Translations under genes and position numbers: made by a program
The notes under the pieces: model-generated
Databases searched by the model: none
What the model was told of the DNA's origin: nothing
What the model saw: only the letters and a program-made list of their open reading frames with translations
In this document: positions 36,762 through 46,023 of the stretch, piece after piece
How the letters are laid out: every line of letters starts with the position of its first letter
Position numbering within the stretch: the stretch's first letter is position 1
Assembly (NCBI GenBank): GCA_017960855.1
Contig: JAGCYJ010000010.1
Location: 8,098 to 72,097 of the forward strand
From: Alphaproteobacteria bacterium
GTDB taxonomy: Bacteria > Pseudomonadota > Alphaproteobacteria > Rs-D84
Reading direction: 5' to 3'
Length of the DNA stretch: 64,000 nucleotides

Positions 36762-39700
36762 TTGAAACGCACGTTTCTTGCGGTTTTTACGTGTTTGTTT
36801 TGCGCGCTTAATGCGGGCGTGTCTTTTGCGGCAAATAATTGTACGGGCGCAACGTATTATGATGCGGTGAATGATACCTGTATTAACTGTCCCACCGGAT
36901 ATACCGACAATCCAACCGCTGGCAAAACCAGCGCAAGCGAGTGTCAAAGAAGTTGTGCCGCTGGAACATTTATTGCGACCCCCGCATCCGTGGGTTCAAC
37001 CGCCTATACCCGATTAGAATACATTGAAAACCCAAACGGCAAGTATATCAACACCGGATTTTCGCATAGCAAAACCGCGACCACTATTCGTGGTGTATTA
37101 CGTGTCGGCGTATCAACTAATTTGTCAAACAGTTCAAATGTCAATTTCATCGGGAACCAGGCATCCAGTGGCGGTTATTCTGTTGGTTGGAATGCGTATT
37201 TCAAACTTTGGACCCAGTCATCAAACAGCCGACTAGAGGGGCCCGCATATCCAATGACGGCTGGAACTGTTCATGAAATCGAATACACACTGACAAACAC
37301 CACTCGTTCGTTAGTGTATGATGACGGGCGAAGCAAATCTGACACTTTTAGTGGCGGTAAGATCGTGGACCCCGCCACCACCATACACCTTTTTGATGCT
37401 GGTAATATTCAAGCTGCGCGTTCGTTCAAGGGGCGTATTTACGATTTAAAAGTGTATGAAGACGACGTGTTGGTCCATAATTTTGTCGCTGCGCGTCGCA
37501 ACAGCGATGGCAAAATCGGTATGTATGATACAGTAGCCGATGCGTTTTTGACTGGAAACGGCACATTTACCGCTGGACCCGATGCGGGCGCATGTTCGGA
37601 CGTGGGTATCGGGTACTATTCCAATGCGTCTATGACCGATTATGGTTCTACCAGTACCCGCATTATGTGTACAAATGGTCCGATACACACACACTATACC
37701 GCATCCGCCACATCTAATTCGTGTGCGTATGAGTGTGATGATAATTACGTTATGGAAAATGGTGTATGCGAATTTCAGGATAAATTTACCATAACCACAA
37801 CATCCAATGCGACGGAATTGCGGTTTGACATATCCGCGATTGGCACGTACTATGTTGATTGTGGCACCGATGGTGTGTTGACCCAGACCACGTATAGTGG
37901 TGACAATAACGCGGCCGGAACCGTCATCACCCGTACCAATACCACGAAACTGACCTATTCATGTGCTTGGCCGACTGCGGGTGTGCATACGGTAAAGTTT
38001 GCGGGGACAACAACATCGTATAATACAACCGCCACCATACCCGCGATAAGTTTTGCACCTACGGCCAATAAAATTGCGTCAATGACCGGTTCGTTGTCTG
38101 CGATTTTTCCGCAAAAGAGTGCATCAAACGGGCAATACCCGCGTTTTTATCAGACATTCAAGGGGGCAACCAACCTGACCAGTGTTCCGGCGGGATTGTT
38201 TACTGGAATAACCGGCAATGCAAACGCATCAAACATGTTTCGTGAAACATTTTATGGGTGTACCGCGCTTAATGCGATTCCGGCGGGATTGTTTGCCGGT
38301 GTAACAACGGGTGCGACGGATATGTTCCGATCAACATTTCAGGGTTGTACATCATTAACGTCTATTCCAGATGATTTATTCAGTGGCATGACCACCGCGG
38401 CATCGGGCCTGTTTCAGGCTACATTCAAGAATGCGACGCACTTGGCGGGGTATATACCGCCAACGACATTTGCGGGGCTTATTGCGAACACTTCGCCGAC
38501 AGACACTAATATGTGGACCGAAACGTTTAGTGGTACCGCTGTTGCCACAACCTGTCCGACGGGATTGGATGATTACCCGACCGGCTATGAATCCGAATGG
38601 GCGAATCATGTATCGTGTTATGTTGCATGTCCTGATACTCCACCCACGAACAGTGCTTGGCAAGTCATCAATAATACATGCGTATGGTTGTGCAACGCGG
38701 GGTATTACAGCGCGGACAACACATCGTGCACCGCGGTCGACACCGGTTATTATTCTGGTGACGGCGACAACACGCAAACGGCATGTACCAACAAACCGGC
38801 GAACAGCCATTATACCGGTTCGGCGATAACCGACAATTGTCCGTGGCAATGTGACACGGGCTATGGCAGCGATGCCGGCACCTGTCGCGCGTGTACGGCG
38901 AGTGAATTTTTGACCAACGGTGGTATTTGTGTGAACACAAAGTTTACCGTCACAACCACAAATAGTACAAGCGAATTTAAGTTCTTTATGTGGGAACCAA
39001 CTGGAACATTCTATGTCGATTGGGGCGACGGCAACGTTGATACAATTACGCGTACCAATTCGACCGGAAACACATATTCCCATGACTATGCCGCGACCGG
39101 TTCATATACAATTCGATTTGGTGGTGTTGCGACGGGGTATGATGGAAACTCGGCACATACCGCAATAAGTTTTTATGGGCAAACCGGCGGAACCCAGGAT
39201 AAAATCGCATCCGTTACGGGATCGCTGGCTGCGTTGTTTCCAACCCCCAATGATAGTGCGTTGCCGTTTTTCCGTGAAACATTCCGGGGGGCAACAAACC
39301 TGACATCGGTTCCCAATACACTGTTCGATGGCATAACCCAGACCCATGGTCACATGTTTTATCATACATTCGATGGCGCGGGCTTGACCGCGATTCCATC
39401 TGATTTATTCAGTGATGTCCACTCGTTGGGGGTTGGTATGTTTGAATATACATTTGCTAACTGCGCTTCGTTGACCGCGATTCCAAGTGGATTATTTGAT
39501 GATATGACCGCCAGTGGTGCGGTGGACAATATGTTTGAGGGAACATTTACGGGATGTACATCATTGACCACGATACCAGCCGGTTTGTTTGATGATGTTA
39601 TTGCCAGTTCGTCAAATTGGACACGGCTTTCCAGTACCAGTACCGGCGGTGTATTCCGTGATACGTTTAGTGGCTGCACATCATTAACCTCTGTTCCGGC

Positions 39701-40814
39701 GGAACTGTTTAGCGGAATGACAATCAATGGAATACCATATATGTTCGCCAACACATTTAAAAATTGTTCATCATTGGCGACGATACCGACCGGATTATTT
39801 GATGATATTACGACATCAGGGACGGCGTTCAATATGTTTGAATACACATTTGAGGGTTGTACATCATTGAACGCGATACCGTCGGACTTGTTTGATGATG
39901 TTATTAGTGGTGCAGCCAGCGGAACTGACAAAACCGGCTGGTTCAAGGATACATTTAATGGCTGTACGGGATTGACCGCGATACCGGCCGAATTGTTTAG
40001 TGGTATGACCACCGCTGCAGAGAATTTGTTCTATGGCACATTTAATGGTTGCACGAATTTGGCGGGATATATTCCACCAACCACATTTGCGGGGTTAATT
40101 ACGAATGACAGCACGAAAAACACAAATATGTGGGGTAATGCGTTCGTTGGAACAAATTTGGTGACGGTGTGTCCAGCGGGAACGACACAGTATATCACGG
40201 GCTATGAAGGTTCAACAAACGGAACGACCTGGAATGGCAAGGTTTCATGTGAACCATGTGCCGCCGGAACATATAAAGCAACAGCAGGCAACGGTGCGTG
40301 TACCGCGTGCGAAATTGGAACCTATGCCGCTGCTGGTGCGGTGTCTTGTACGGCATGCACAAATACCAAACCTGCAAACAGTTCGTATAGTTCTAACGCT
40401 ACGACAAATGCGTGTTTGTGGTTATGTGATGGGGGGTATTACAGCACGGATAGCGCGTCCTGTACAGAGGTTGGTGCGGGTTGGTATTCCGCTGATGGCG
40501 ACAATACGCGCAGTGCTTGTGCCGCTGGACTTACCACTGTGGGTTATGGGCATGGTGCGGATGAAGTGGCCGATTGTGGTCATGAATTACACCTTGGAGA
40601 TTTTGTCTTTTATACTAAACAAACAAAATCAACAACACCGGCATTGAACATTACTGATGGCACATCTGTTTCATACCTAGGGGCCAGTACAACCAACCAG
40701 AGTTTATCGAAATTGCATATTTCAGATGGAACAACACAATATACTGCGTATGATGACGGATTATTGTATGGGGAACGGAATGCAACAACGGGGCAACGTA
40801 TTACGCAACAATAA
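36762..40814 (+). CDS. Giant secreted mosaic protein (1350 aa): LamG-like module + 2 x (beta-sandwich + DUF285/BspA-type LRRs) + Cys-rich repeats + terminal module
   Basis: TTG start after GGAAAGGGGG. Signal peptide MKRTFLAVFTCLFCALNAGVSFA. KFTITTT..YYVDCGTDG and KFTVTTT..FYVDWGDGN units. CEPCAAGTYKATAGNGACTACEIGTY. Confidence 0.88.
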   Translation: MKRTFLAVFTCLFCALNAGVSFAANNCTGATYYDAVNDTCINCPTGYTDNPTAGKTSASECQRSCAAGTFIATPASVGSTAYTRLEYIENPNGKYINTGFSHSKTATTIRGVLRVGVSTNLSNSSNVNFIGNQASSGGYSVGWNAYFKLWTQSSNSRLEGPAYPMTAGTVHEIEYTLTNTTRSLVYDDGRSKSDTFSGGKIVDPATTIHLFDAGNIQAARSFKGRIYDLKVYEDDVLVHNFVAARRNSDGKIGMYDTVADAFLTGNGTFTAGPDAGACSDVGIGYYSNASMTDYGSTSTRIMCTNGPIHTHYTASATSNSCAYECDDNYVMENGVCEFQDKFTITTTSNATELRFDISAIGTYYVDCGTDGVLTQTTYSGDNNAAGTVITRTNTTKLTYSCAWPTAGVHTVKFAGTTTSYNTTATIPAISFAPTANKIASMTGSLSAIFPQKSASNGQYPRFYQTFKGATNLTSVPAGLFTGITGNANASNMFRETFYGCTALNAIPAGLFAGVTTGATDMFRSTFQGCTSLTSIPDDLFSGMTTAASGLFQATFKNATHLAGYIPPTTFAGLIANTSPTDTNMWTETFSGTAVATTCPTGLDDYPTGYESEWANHVSCYVACPDTPPTNSAWQVINNTCVWLCNAGYYSADNTSCTAVDTGYYSGDGDNTQTACTNKPANSHYTGSAITDNCPWQCDTGYGSDAGTCRACTASEFLTNGGICVNTKFTVTTTNSTSEFKFFMWEPTGTFYVDWGDGNVDTITRTNSTGNTYSHDYAATGSYTIRFGGVATGYDGNSAHTAISFYGQTGGTQDKIASVTGSLAALFPTPNDSALPFFRETFRGATNLTSVPNTLFDGITQTHGHMFYHTFDGAGLTAIPSDLFSDVHSLGVGMFEYTFANCASLTAIPSGLFDDMTASGAVDNMFEGTFTGCTSLTTIPAGLFDDVIASSSNWTRLSSTSTGGVFRDTFSGCTSLTSVPAELFSGMTINGIPYMFANTFKNCSSLATIPTGLFDDITTSGTAFNMFEYTFEGCTSLNAIPSDLFDDVISGAASGTDKTGWFKDTFNGCTGLTAIPAELFSGMTTAAENLFYGTFNGCTNLAGYIPPTTFAGLITNDSTKNTNMWGNAFVGTNLVTVCPAGTTQYITGYEGSTNGTTWNGKVSCEPCAAGTYKATAGNGACTACEIGTYAAAGAVSCTACTNTKPANSSYSSNATTNACLWLCDGGYYSTDSASCTEVGAGWYSADGDNTRSACAAGLTTVGYGHGADEVADCGHELHLGDFVFYTKQTKSTTPALNITDGTSVSYLGASTTNQSLSKLHISDGTTQYTAYDDGLLYGERNATTGQRITQQ

Positions 40815-40953
40815 AAAGCGGATGGTGTTAATTATTCCTTTACTTTCAGATTATTTTTGTTAATAATCACGATTGTCAAACCAGTGGGAATCAGATAATT
40901 ATGAAATTGTGTAAAAAATCTTTATAACGCATGGTGCGACCGATATTTATGGC

Positions 40954-40982
40954 GGACGCACTATCGGGTGCGTCCGTTTTTA
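40954..40982 (+). terminator. Intrinsic terminator downstream of the 36762..40814 gene
   Basis: ggacgcac-tatcg-gtgcgtcc followed by gttttt. Confidence 0.55.
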
Positions 40983-41011
40983 ATAAATCACCAGAAAACA
41001 AGGAAAAACAA

Positions 41012-42478
41012 ATGTCAGAAAACACGAACATTTCTACCAACGAATTAGAAGCCAGATTGCAAAAGGCGGACAATATTCGCGCACGCGATGGTGTCGTTTG
41101 GAAAGATACCTTTGACCGCAGTCACAAAATCGCCGAAGCGCGTGAATTGCCGGACGGTTCAGCGGTTAAATTATGTGGTCGTGTGACAGCGTTGCGCTGG
41201 TTGGGTAAACTGATGTTTGGTCGTATTTATGATATAGAAGGTGAAATCCAGTTTTCCATGTCGCGTGAGGAAATTGGTGAAGAAGATTACAAGTTTATGA
41301 AGGCAAATGTTGATATGGGCGACTTTATCGGCATTGTTGGTGAATTGTATCACACAACAGCGGGCGAATTGACTGTTAAAGTTTCGCATTATGATATTTT
41401 GTCCAAGGCATTGCGTCCTTTGCCGGAAAAGTTCCACGGGTTAACGGATACCGAAGCACGCTATCGCCAACGTTATTTAGATGTGATTGCAAATCCTGAA
41501 TCACGTGCGGTGTTGTTGGGGCGTTTCAAAATGACGCAAGAATGGCGTAAGTTTATGATTGATAACGGTTTCTTGGAAATTGAAACACCAATTTTGCAAA
41601 ATGTGGCATCTGGGGCGGCGGCAAAACCGTTCACAACGCACCATAACGCGTTGGATGCGGATTTCCAGTTGCGTATTTCCCCTGAATTATTCTTAAAAAT
41701 GGCAATCGGTGCGGGCTTTGACCGCGTGTTTGAAGTGGCGAAAGATTTCCGTAACGAAGGTATGGATGCCATGCACTTGCAAGAATTCACAATGGTTGAA
41801 TGGTATGCTGCATACTGGAATTACAAAAAGAACATAGAATTCACATGGAAATTAATCCAGCATTTGATTAAATCTATGCGTGGCACATTAAAGATTTCAT
41901 ACCAAGGCACTGAATTGGATTTCAGCAAGTATGAAATGATGGATTATACCGCGAAAATGAACGAATTGTTTGGTTGCAACATTTTGGACTTTGACGATGT
42001 TGACGCGTTAAAGAAAATGTTGGTGAAATCAAAAATGTTCCCAGCCGAAGATTTAGAAGAACTGAAGTCAATTCCGACTTTGGTTGACTGGGTGTACAAG
42101 CGTAAGATTCGCGACAGTATTGTTAAGCCAACATTCCTGTACAACTATCCAACATATATGGTACCATTGGCGCGTCACAGTGATGCTGACGACAGATGTT
42201 TGGATATGTTCCAATTGCTTGTCTGTGGTGCCGAATTGTGCAAGGGGTATTCTGAATTGGTGAACCCAATACAGCAATTGGCTGCTTTTGAGGAACAAGC
42301 AAAGAACATTGCCAATGGTGATGAAGAAGCATTTAACCCGGACAACGATTTTGTTCGCGCGATGGAACACGGTTTCCCACCGATTTCCGGTGTTGGTTTG
42401 GGTGTTGATAGATTGGCAAATATCATCTTTGATCAGCCAACATTACGTGATGTAATATTGTTCCCAATGATGAAATAG
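41012..42478 (+). CDS. lysS: Lysine--tRNA ligase, class II
   Basis: OB-fold N-terminal domain plus class II motifs (...FRNEG......EFT..E.Y.AY......GVGLGVDRL). Start chosen at MSENTN (AAGGAAAAA upstream). Confidence 0.93.
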   Translation: MSENTNISTNELEARLQKADNIRARDGVVWKDTFDRSHKIAEARELPDGSAVKLCGRVTALRWLGKLMFGRIYDIEGEIQFSMSREEIGEEDYKFMKANVDMGDFIGIVGELYHTTAGELTVKVSHYDILSKALRPLPEKFHGLTDTEARYRQRYLDVIANPESRAVLLGRFKMTQEWRKFMIDNGFLEIETPILQNVASGAAAKPFTTHHNALDADFQLRISPELFLKMAIGAGFDRVFEVAKDFRNEGMDAMHLQEFTMVEWYAAYWNYKKNIEFTWKLIQHLIKSMRGTLKISYQGTELDFSKYEMMDYTAKMNELFGCNILDFDDVDALKKMLVKSKMFPAEDLEELKSIPTLVDWVYKRKIRDSIVKPTFLYNYPTYMVPLARHSDADDRCLDMFQLLVCGAELCKGYSELVNPIQQLAAFEEQAKNIANGDEEAFNPDNDFVRAMEHGFPPISGVGLGVDRLANIIFDQPTLRDVILFPMMK

Positions 42479-42488
42479 GGCAACCAAA

Positions 42489-43886
42489 ATGATTGCGCAT
42501 TCGGATACTTTTGCGGCGGATATAACCGCCGATCACGATCGGAAAAATCTTGCCGATATAGACAAGGCGTTGGCCGATCGGGAAATCAATGAAGAAGCGG
42601 CGGAATATCTGCGGGTATTGTATTCCGACGGTATGGATTGGTTCCGCGAAGTGTTTCACGTTTTGGGTAAATGTCTTGGCGCGCCCAAGGCGCCAGTTGT
42701 ACGCTATGATTACGATAATGATAGTGGCATAGATGAAAAGATAAAGATTTCAGACATTAACCCACTGTCGCCATATTTGGTCCAGCACCGTTTGGATATG
42801 GATCCAATGCGTAATCAGTTTTTTACCATTACCGGCGGGCATAAAATTGATTTGTCTGTGTCGTCCATCGTTACGGTTATTGTTGCAGCACAAAAAAGTT
42901 TGTCGCGGTCATTGGAAAAAATTACCGGCAAATATTATCACGATTATATTGAAGATGTTGCAACGACGGCTGAACGTGTTATTTCGGCACACGAAAGAGA
43001 AGCATCCGGACGCGCAATTGCCGACAAAATTCGTGAAGAATTTTCAAACAAGTTTATAACCGCTGCATCTGAAACGGTATTGAAGATAATCGGGCGTGGC
43101 CATGAACATATTGCCGTAGATTTAGTGCGTGAATTAGACAAGGTTGAAAAGCCGCATTTGCGTTTGCAAGATGTTTGGCGCGTTAAATGTTTGTTTGATT
43201 TGGTGCCCCAGGCACGCACCTTTATGGAACGTATTCGCGAAGCCATACCAGAACGCATTATATCTATGCGGGACAAGTTTTATGATATGGACAATCCGCG
43301 TAATTATCGTGATGCCAAGGTGATTTTGAACATTGGACCGGATTCTGAACATATCGTTCCAATGGAAATTATATGCCAAGTGCGAACATTCTTTGAATTT
43401 GAACGTCTTACGCACAACCAATATGAACGCGCGCGTCGTCGTAAAAATGCAGCCAGTGATGAAATAGAACGCAAAATGGCTGATTATTACGAAGAGGGTG
43501 TTAAGCAATACAACCTTATGATATGTGATTGCGTGGAAGATTTGTTTGATCGTGTGGGTTGGAATATTTTGTACAGTCGTGGTATGGGAATGTCGCTGTT
43601 CGAAGGGTTCCCAAAGAATTGCACTTTGTATTACCCACAAAAAATGTTGGATATAATCACAGATAAATTGGACAACGCCATTGAAAACGAGGTGTTTCGT
43701 CTGACCACGTTGCCGGCGAATTTGACCAAGACGCAAAAAAGTGAAATCTTTCATTTTATGGCGCGGTTTATTTTGGTTGCGGCAATGCCTTACCGTAAAG
43801 CCACATGGTCTGCGCCAACGAATACCACCGCGGGCAAATTATTCAATTTTGTGATGAAGGAAGTTCAACGATATTATAAACAGTAA
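42489..43886 (+). CDS. Hypothetical protein; central region may be a divergent RelA/SpoT-type nucleotidyltransferase fold
   Basis: Intact 465-aa ORF 10 nt after lysS. aa ~225-316: LQDVWRVKCLF ... NYRDAKVIL ... PMEIICQVRTFFEFERLTHNQYE has the same order as the D.xG.R / YRS.H / EIQIRT...H..Y motifs. Confidence 0.55.
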   Translation: MIAHSDTFAADITADHDRKNLADIDKALADREINEEAAEYLRVLYSDGMDWFREVFHVLGKCLGAPKAPVVRYDYDNDSGIDEKIKISDINPLSPYLVQHRLDMDPMRNQFFTITGGHKIDLSVSSIVTVIVAAQKSLSRSLEKITGKYYHDYIEDVATTAERVISAHEREASGRAIADKIREEFSNKFITAASETVLKIIGRGHEHIAVDLVRELDKVEKPHLRLQDVWRVKCLFDLVPQARTFMERIREAIPERIISMRDKFYDMDNPRNYRDAKVILNIGPDSEHIVPMEIICQVRTFFEFERLTHNQYERARRRKNAASDEIERKMADYYEEGVKQYNLMICDCVEDLFDRVGWNILYSRGMGMSLFEGFPKNCTLYYPQKMLDIITDKLDNAIENEVFRLTTLPANLTKTQKSEIFHFMARFILVAAMPYRKATWSAPTNTTAGKLFNFVMKEVQRYYKQ

Positions 43887-43901
43887 GCATAAAAAATACA
43901 C

Positions 43902-43943
43902 ATGCCCCATGGGAAATAAAACACCATGGGGCATTTGTTTTTT
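43902..43943 (+). terminator. Intrinsic terminator
   Basis: atgccccatgg ... ccatggggcat 11-bp stem followed by ttgtttttt. Confidence 0.6.
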
Positions 43944-44033
43944 GCTTGTAATGATTTTCAGATTGCGCAACAATGAAATCAGGTTCATGGATAGTTACCA
44001 AGAACCATAACAAGCATAGCAAAGGACTACGAT

Positions 44034-44375
44034 ATGCGGAAAGGAAAAGTAAAATGGTATAACGGCAAAAAATGTTTTGGGTTTATTACTCCGGACGCGC
44101 CAAATGAAAACGGAAACACTGATGATGTATTTGTTCATTCTAGTGCATTAAAAGCAGCGGGTATCCGATTCTTGAACGAAAATGATATCGTTGAGTTTGA
44201 AGAAGAAGTTCGCAACGACAAATTGTCGGTAACAACATTGAAATTGATTCAGCGGGACGAAGAATCTGCACGTTTGTTCCACGAACGTCGCGCAGAACGT
44301 CGCCGTGCTGCCGAAGATCGCAAACAACGCGAAGAAAAATCTACGCGACATGGATTTGCGTTCTGGAAAAAATAA
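44034..44375 (+). CDS. Cold-shock-domain protein with a basic/acidic C-terminal extension
   Basis: GKVKWYNGKKCFGFITPD......DVFVHSSAL matches the CSD RNP motifs. Confidence 0.85.
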   Translation: MRKGKVKWYNGKKCFGFITPDAPNENGNTDDVFVHSSALKAAGIRFLNENDIVEFEEEVRNDKLSVTTLKLIQRDEESARLFHERRAERRRAAEDRKQREEKSTRHGFAFWKK

Positions 44376-44377
44376 TC

Positions 44378-44399
44378 AAACGCCCCACGGGGCGTTTTT
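44378..44399 (+). terminator. Intrinsic terminator
   Basis: aaacgcccc-ac-ggggcgttt followed by a T-run. Confidence 0.55.
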
Positions 44400-44469
44400 A
44401 ATTGAAAAAGTTTTATGTACGCACTATAATAAAATCACAACGAATAATTATTAAACAAAAGGATTTAAT

Positions 44470-45012
44470 ATGTGGATTGCAATTGCGGTTGTCGCGGTAA
44501 TTTTATTGTATTTTGTCACGGTTTATAATGGTTTGGTTTCGCGTCGGAATCAGGTGCGCGAAGCATGGGCAACAATAGACAGTCAATTGAAACGCCGTTA
44601 TGATTTAATTCCTAATTTGATGGAAACGGTGTCCGGTGCGGCAAAGCATGAAAAAGAAACATTGAACGCGGTTATTACTGCGCGTAATGCGGCAATGTCG
44701 GCCAATGGTGCCGATGCACGCGGTGTGGCGGAAAATCATTTGACGGGCGCATTGAAAAGCATATTTGCATTGGCGGAAAGTTATCCGAACCTGAAAGCGA
44801 ACGAGAATTTCTTGGAATTGCAACGCGAATTGACCGATACAGAAACCAAGATTCAAGCGGCACGCCAGTTCTATAATACCGTCGTAATGGGCTTGAACAA
44901 CATGGTTGAACAATTCCCATCAAACATTGTTGCGCGTATGTTCGGAATCGGCACTGAAAAGTTGTTTGAAATAGACGAAACAGAGCGCAAGGCACCACGC
45001 GTAAAGTTTTAA
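44470..45012 (+). CDS. lemA: LemA-family membrane protein
   Basis: N-terminal TM plus YN.LV..RN.V.EAW..ID.QLKRR.DLIPNL. Confidence 0.88.
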   Translation: MWIAIAVVAVILLYFVTVYNGLVSRRNQVREAWATIDSQLKRRYDLIPNLMETVSGAAKHEKETLNAVITARNAAMSANGADARGVAENHLTGALKSIFALAESYPNLKANENFLELQRELTDTETKIQAARQFYNTVVMGLNNMVEQFPSNIVARMFGIGTEKLFEIDETERKAPRVKF

Positions 45013-45174
45013 TGGGAAAATCGCACATTTTCCTTGCATTTCCAATAAAAACAGTATAAACTGCGTTCCGCTGGATAACCAGAACTGATTAAGTCATGGT
45101 GTCTTTTGGTCCCATGTATGATAAGGATTCTGTTAAATATCTGGCACCGAAAAACCAAAAAAAAGGATAAAATT

Positions 45175-45807
45175 ATGGCAAGAATGGGCGCAAAACGTAA
45201 TACGCGCAAATTGAAAATTGGTCGCGCACTCGGTGTGAACCTGTGGGGCCAAGCAAAATCACCGTTTAACAAACGTAAATACAAACCGGGTCAGCATGGT
45301 CCAACATCCCGCGGTGGAAATTCGTCTGATTATGCAAAGCAGATGCGCGCAAAGCAGACGTTGAAGGGCTACTATGGCAATATCGGTGAAAAGAAGTTCC
45401 ATGCATATTATGCCGAAGCGGACAATATGCGCGGTGACACACCGGATAATTTGATTGGTTTGCTGGAACGCCGTTTGGATGCGGTTGTATATCGTTCTAA
45501 ATTGGCACCAACCGTGTTTTCTGCACGTCAGTTGGTCAGCCACGGTCATATCATGGTCAATGGTAAACGCGTTAAAATCGCTTCTTATCAGGTTAAACCA
45601 GGCGATGTCATCACGGTCAGCGAAAAAGCAAAACAAATGCCACTGGTTGTTTTGGCATTAGAAGCGGGCGATCGCGAAACCCCAGATTACATCAACGTGG
45701 ACAGTGCGAATTTCACGGCGACATTCGTTCGTGTTCCATTATTCGCAGATGTTCCATACCCGGTTCAAATGTTTCCAGAACTGGTCGTCGAATTCTATTC
45801 TCGTTAA
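45175..45807 (+). CDS. rpsD: 30S ribosomal protein S4
   Basis: ...[19 protein letters not shown]..., S4 RNA-binding domain ...RLD.VVYR...A.T...ARQLV.HGHI.VNG. Start chosen at MARMGAK (AAGGATAAA upstream). Confidence 0.93.
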   Translation: MARMGAKRNTRKLKIGRALGVNLWGQAKSPFNKRKYKPGQHGPTSRGGNSSDYAKQMRAKQTLKGYYGNIGEKKFHAYYAEADNMRGDTPDNLIGLLERRLDAVVYRSKLAPTVFSARQLVSHGHIMVNGKRVKIASYQVKPGDVITVSEKAKQMPLVVLALEAGDRETPDYINVDSANFTATFVRVPLFADVPYPVQMFPELVVEFYSR

Positions 45808-45830
45808 TAGACGGGGAAAAGAAGAAAAAG

Positions 45831-45854
45831 CACCGCGAAAGCGGTGTTTTTTTT
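45831..45854 (+). terminator. Intrinsic terminator after rpsD
   Basis: caccgc-gaaa-gcggtg followed by T8. Confidence 0.65.
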
Positions 45855-46023
45855 ATGCATTTTTTTTGGGGAAAAAATGCCATTTTTTACTTGCCCAAAT
45901 AATCTCAATTTAGTACGCTTTTCAGCATGAGGATTAAGGGGAAATCTTTTCAGAATTCGGGCGTTTTTTGTCAATCGCCCAAGTGTCAATTAAACAGCAG
46001 GTGAGGGAGTTCTACACGGTTTG

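Noticed and set aside
39362-40012. Long antisense ORFs with their own repeat pattern ('VQPLNV...', 'NKSAGILV...') opposite the LRR arrays. Others are 3180..3452, 3828..4022, 1957..2355, 48111..48365, 51129..51353, 52407..52649 and 52755..52976.
   Set aside because: These are mirror images of the sense-strand coding repeats. The periodicity is inherited from the LRR genes, there are no RBSs or starts in sensible context, and each is fully nested in a much longer ORF with recognisable domains.
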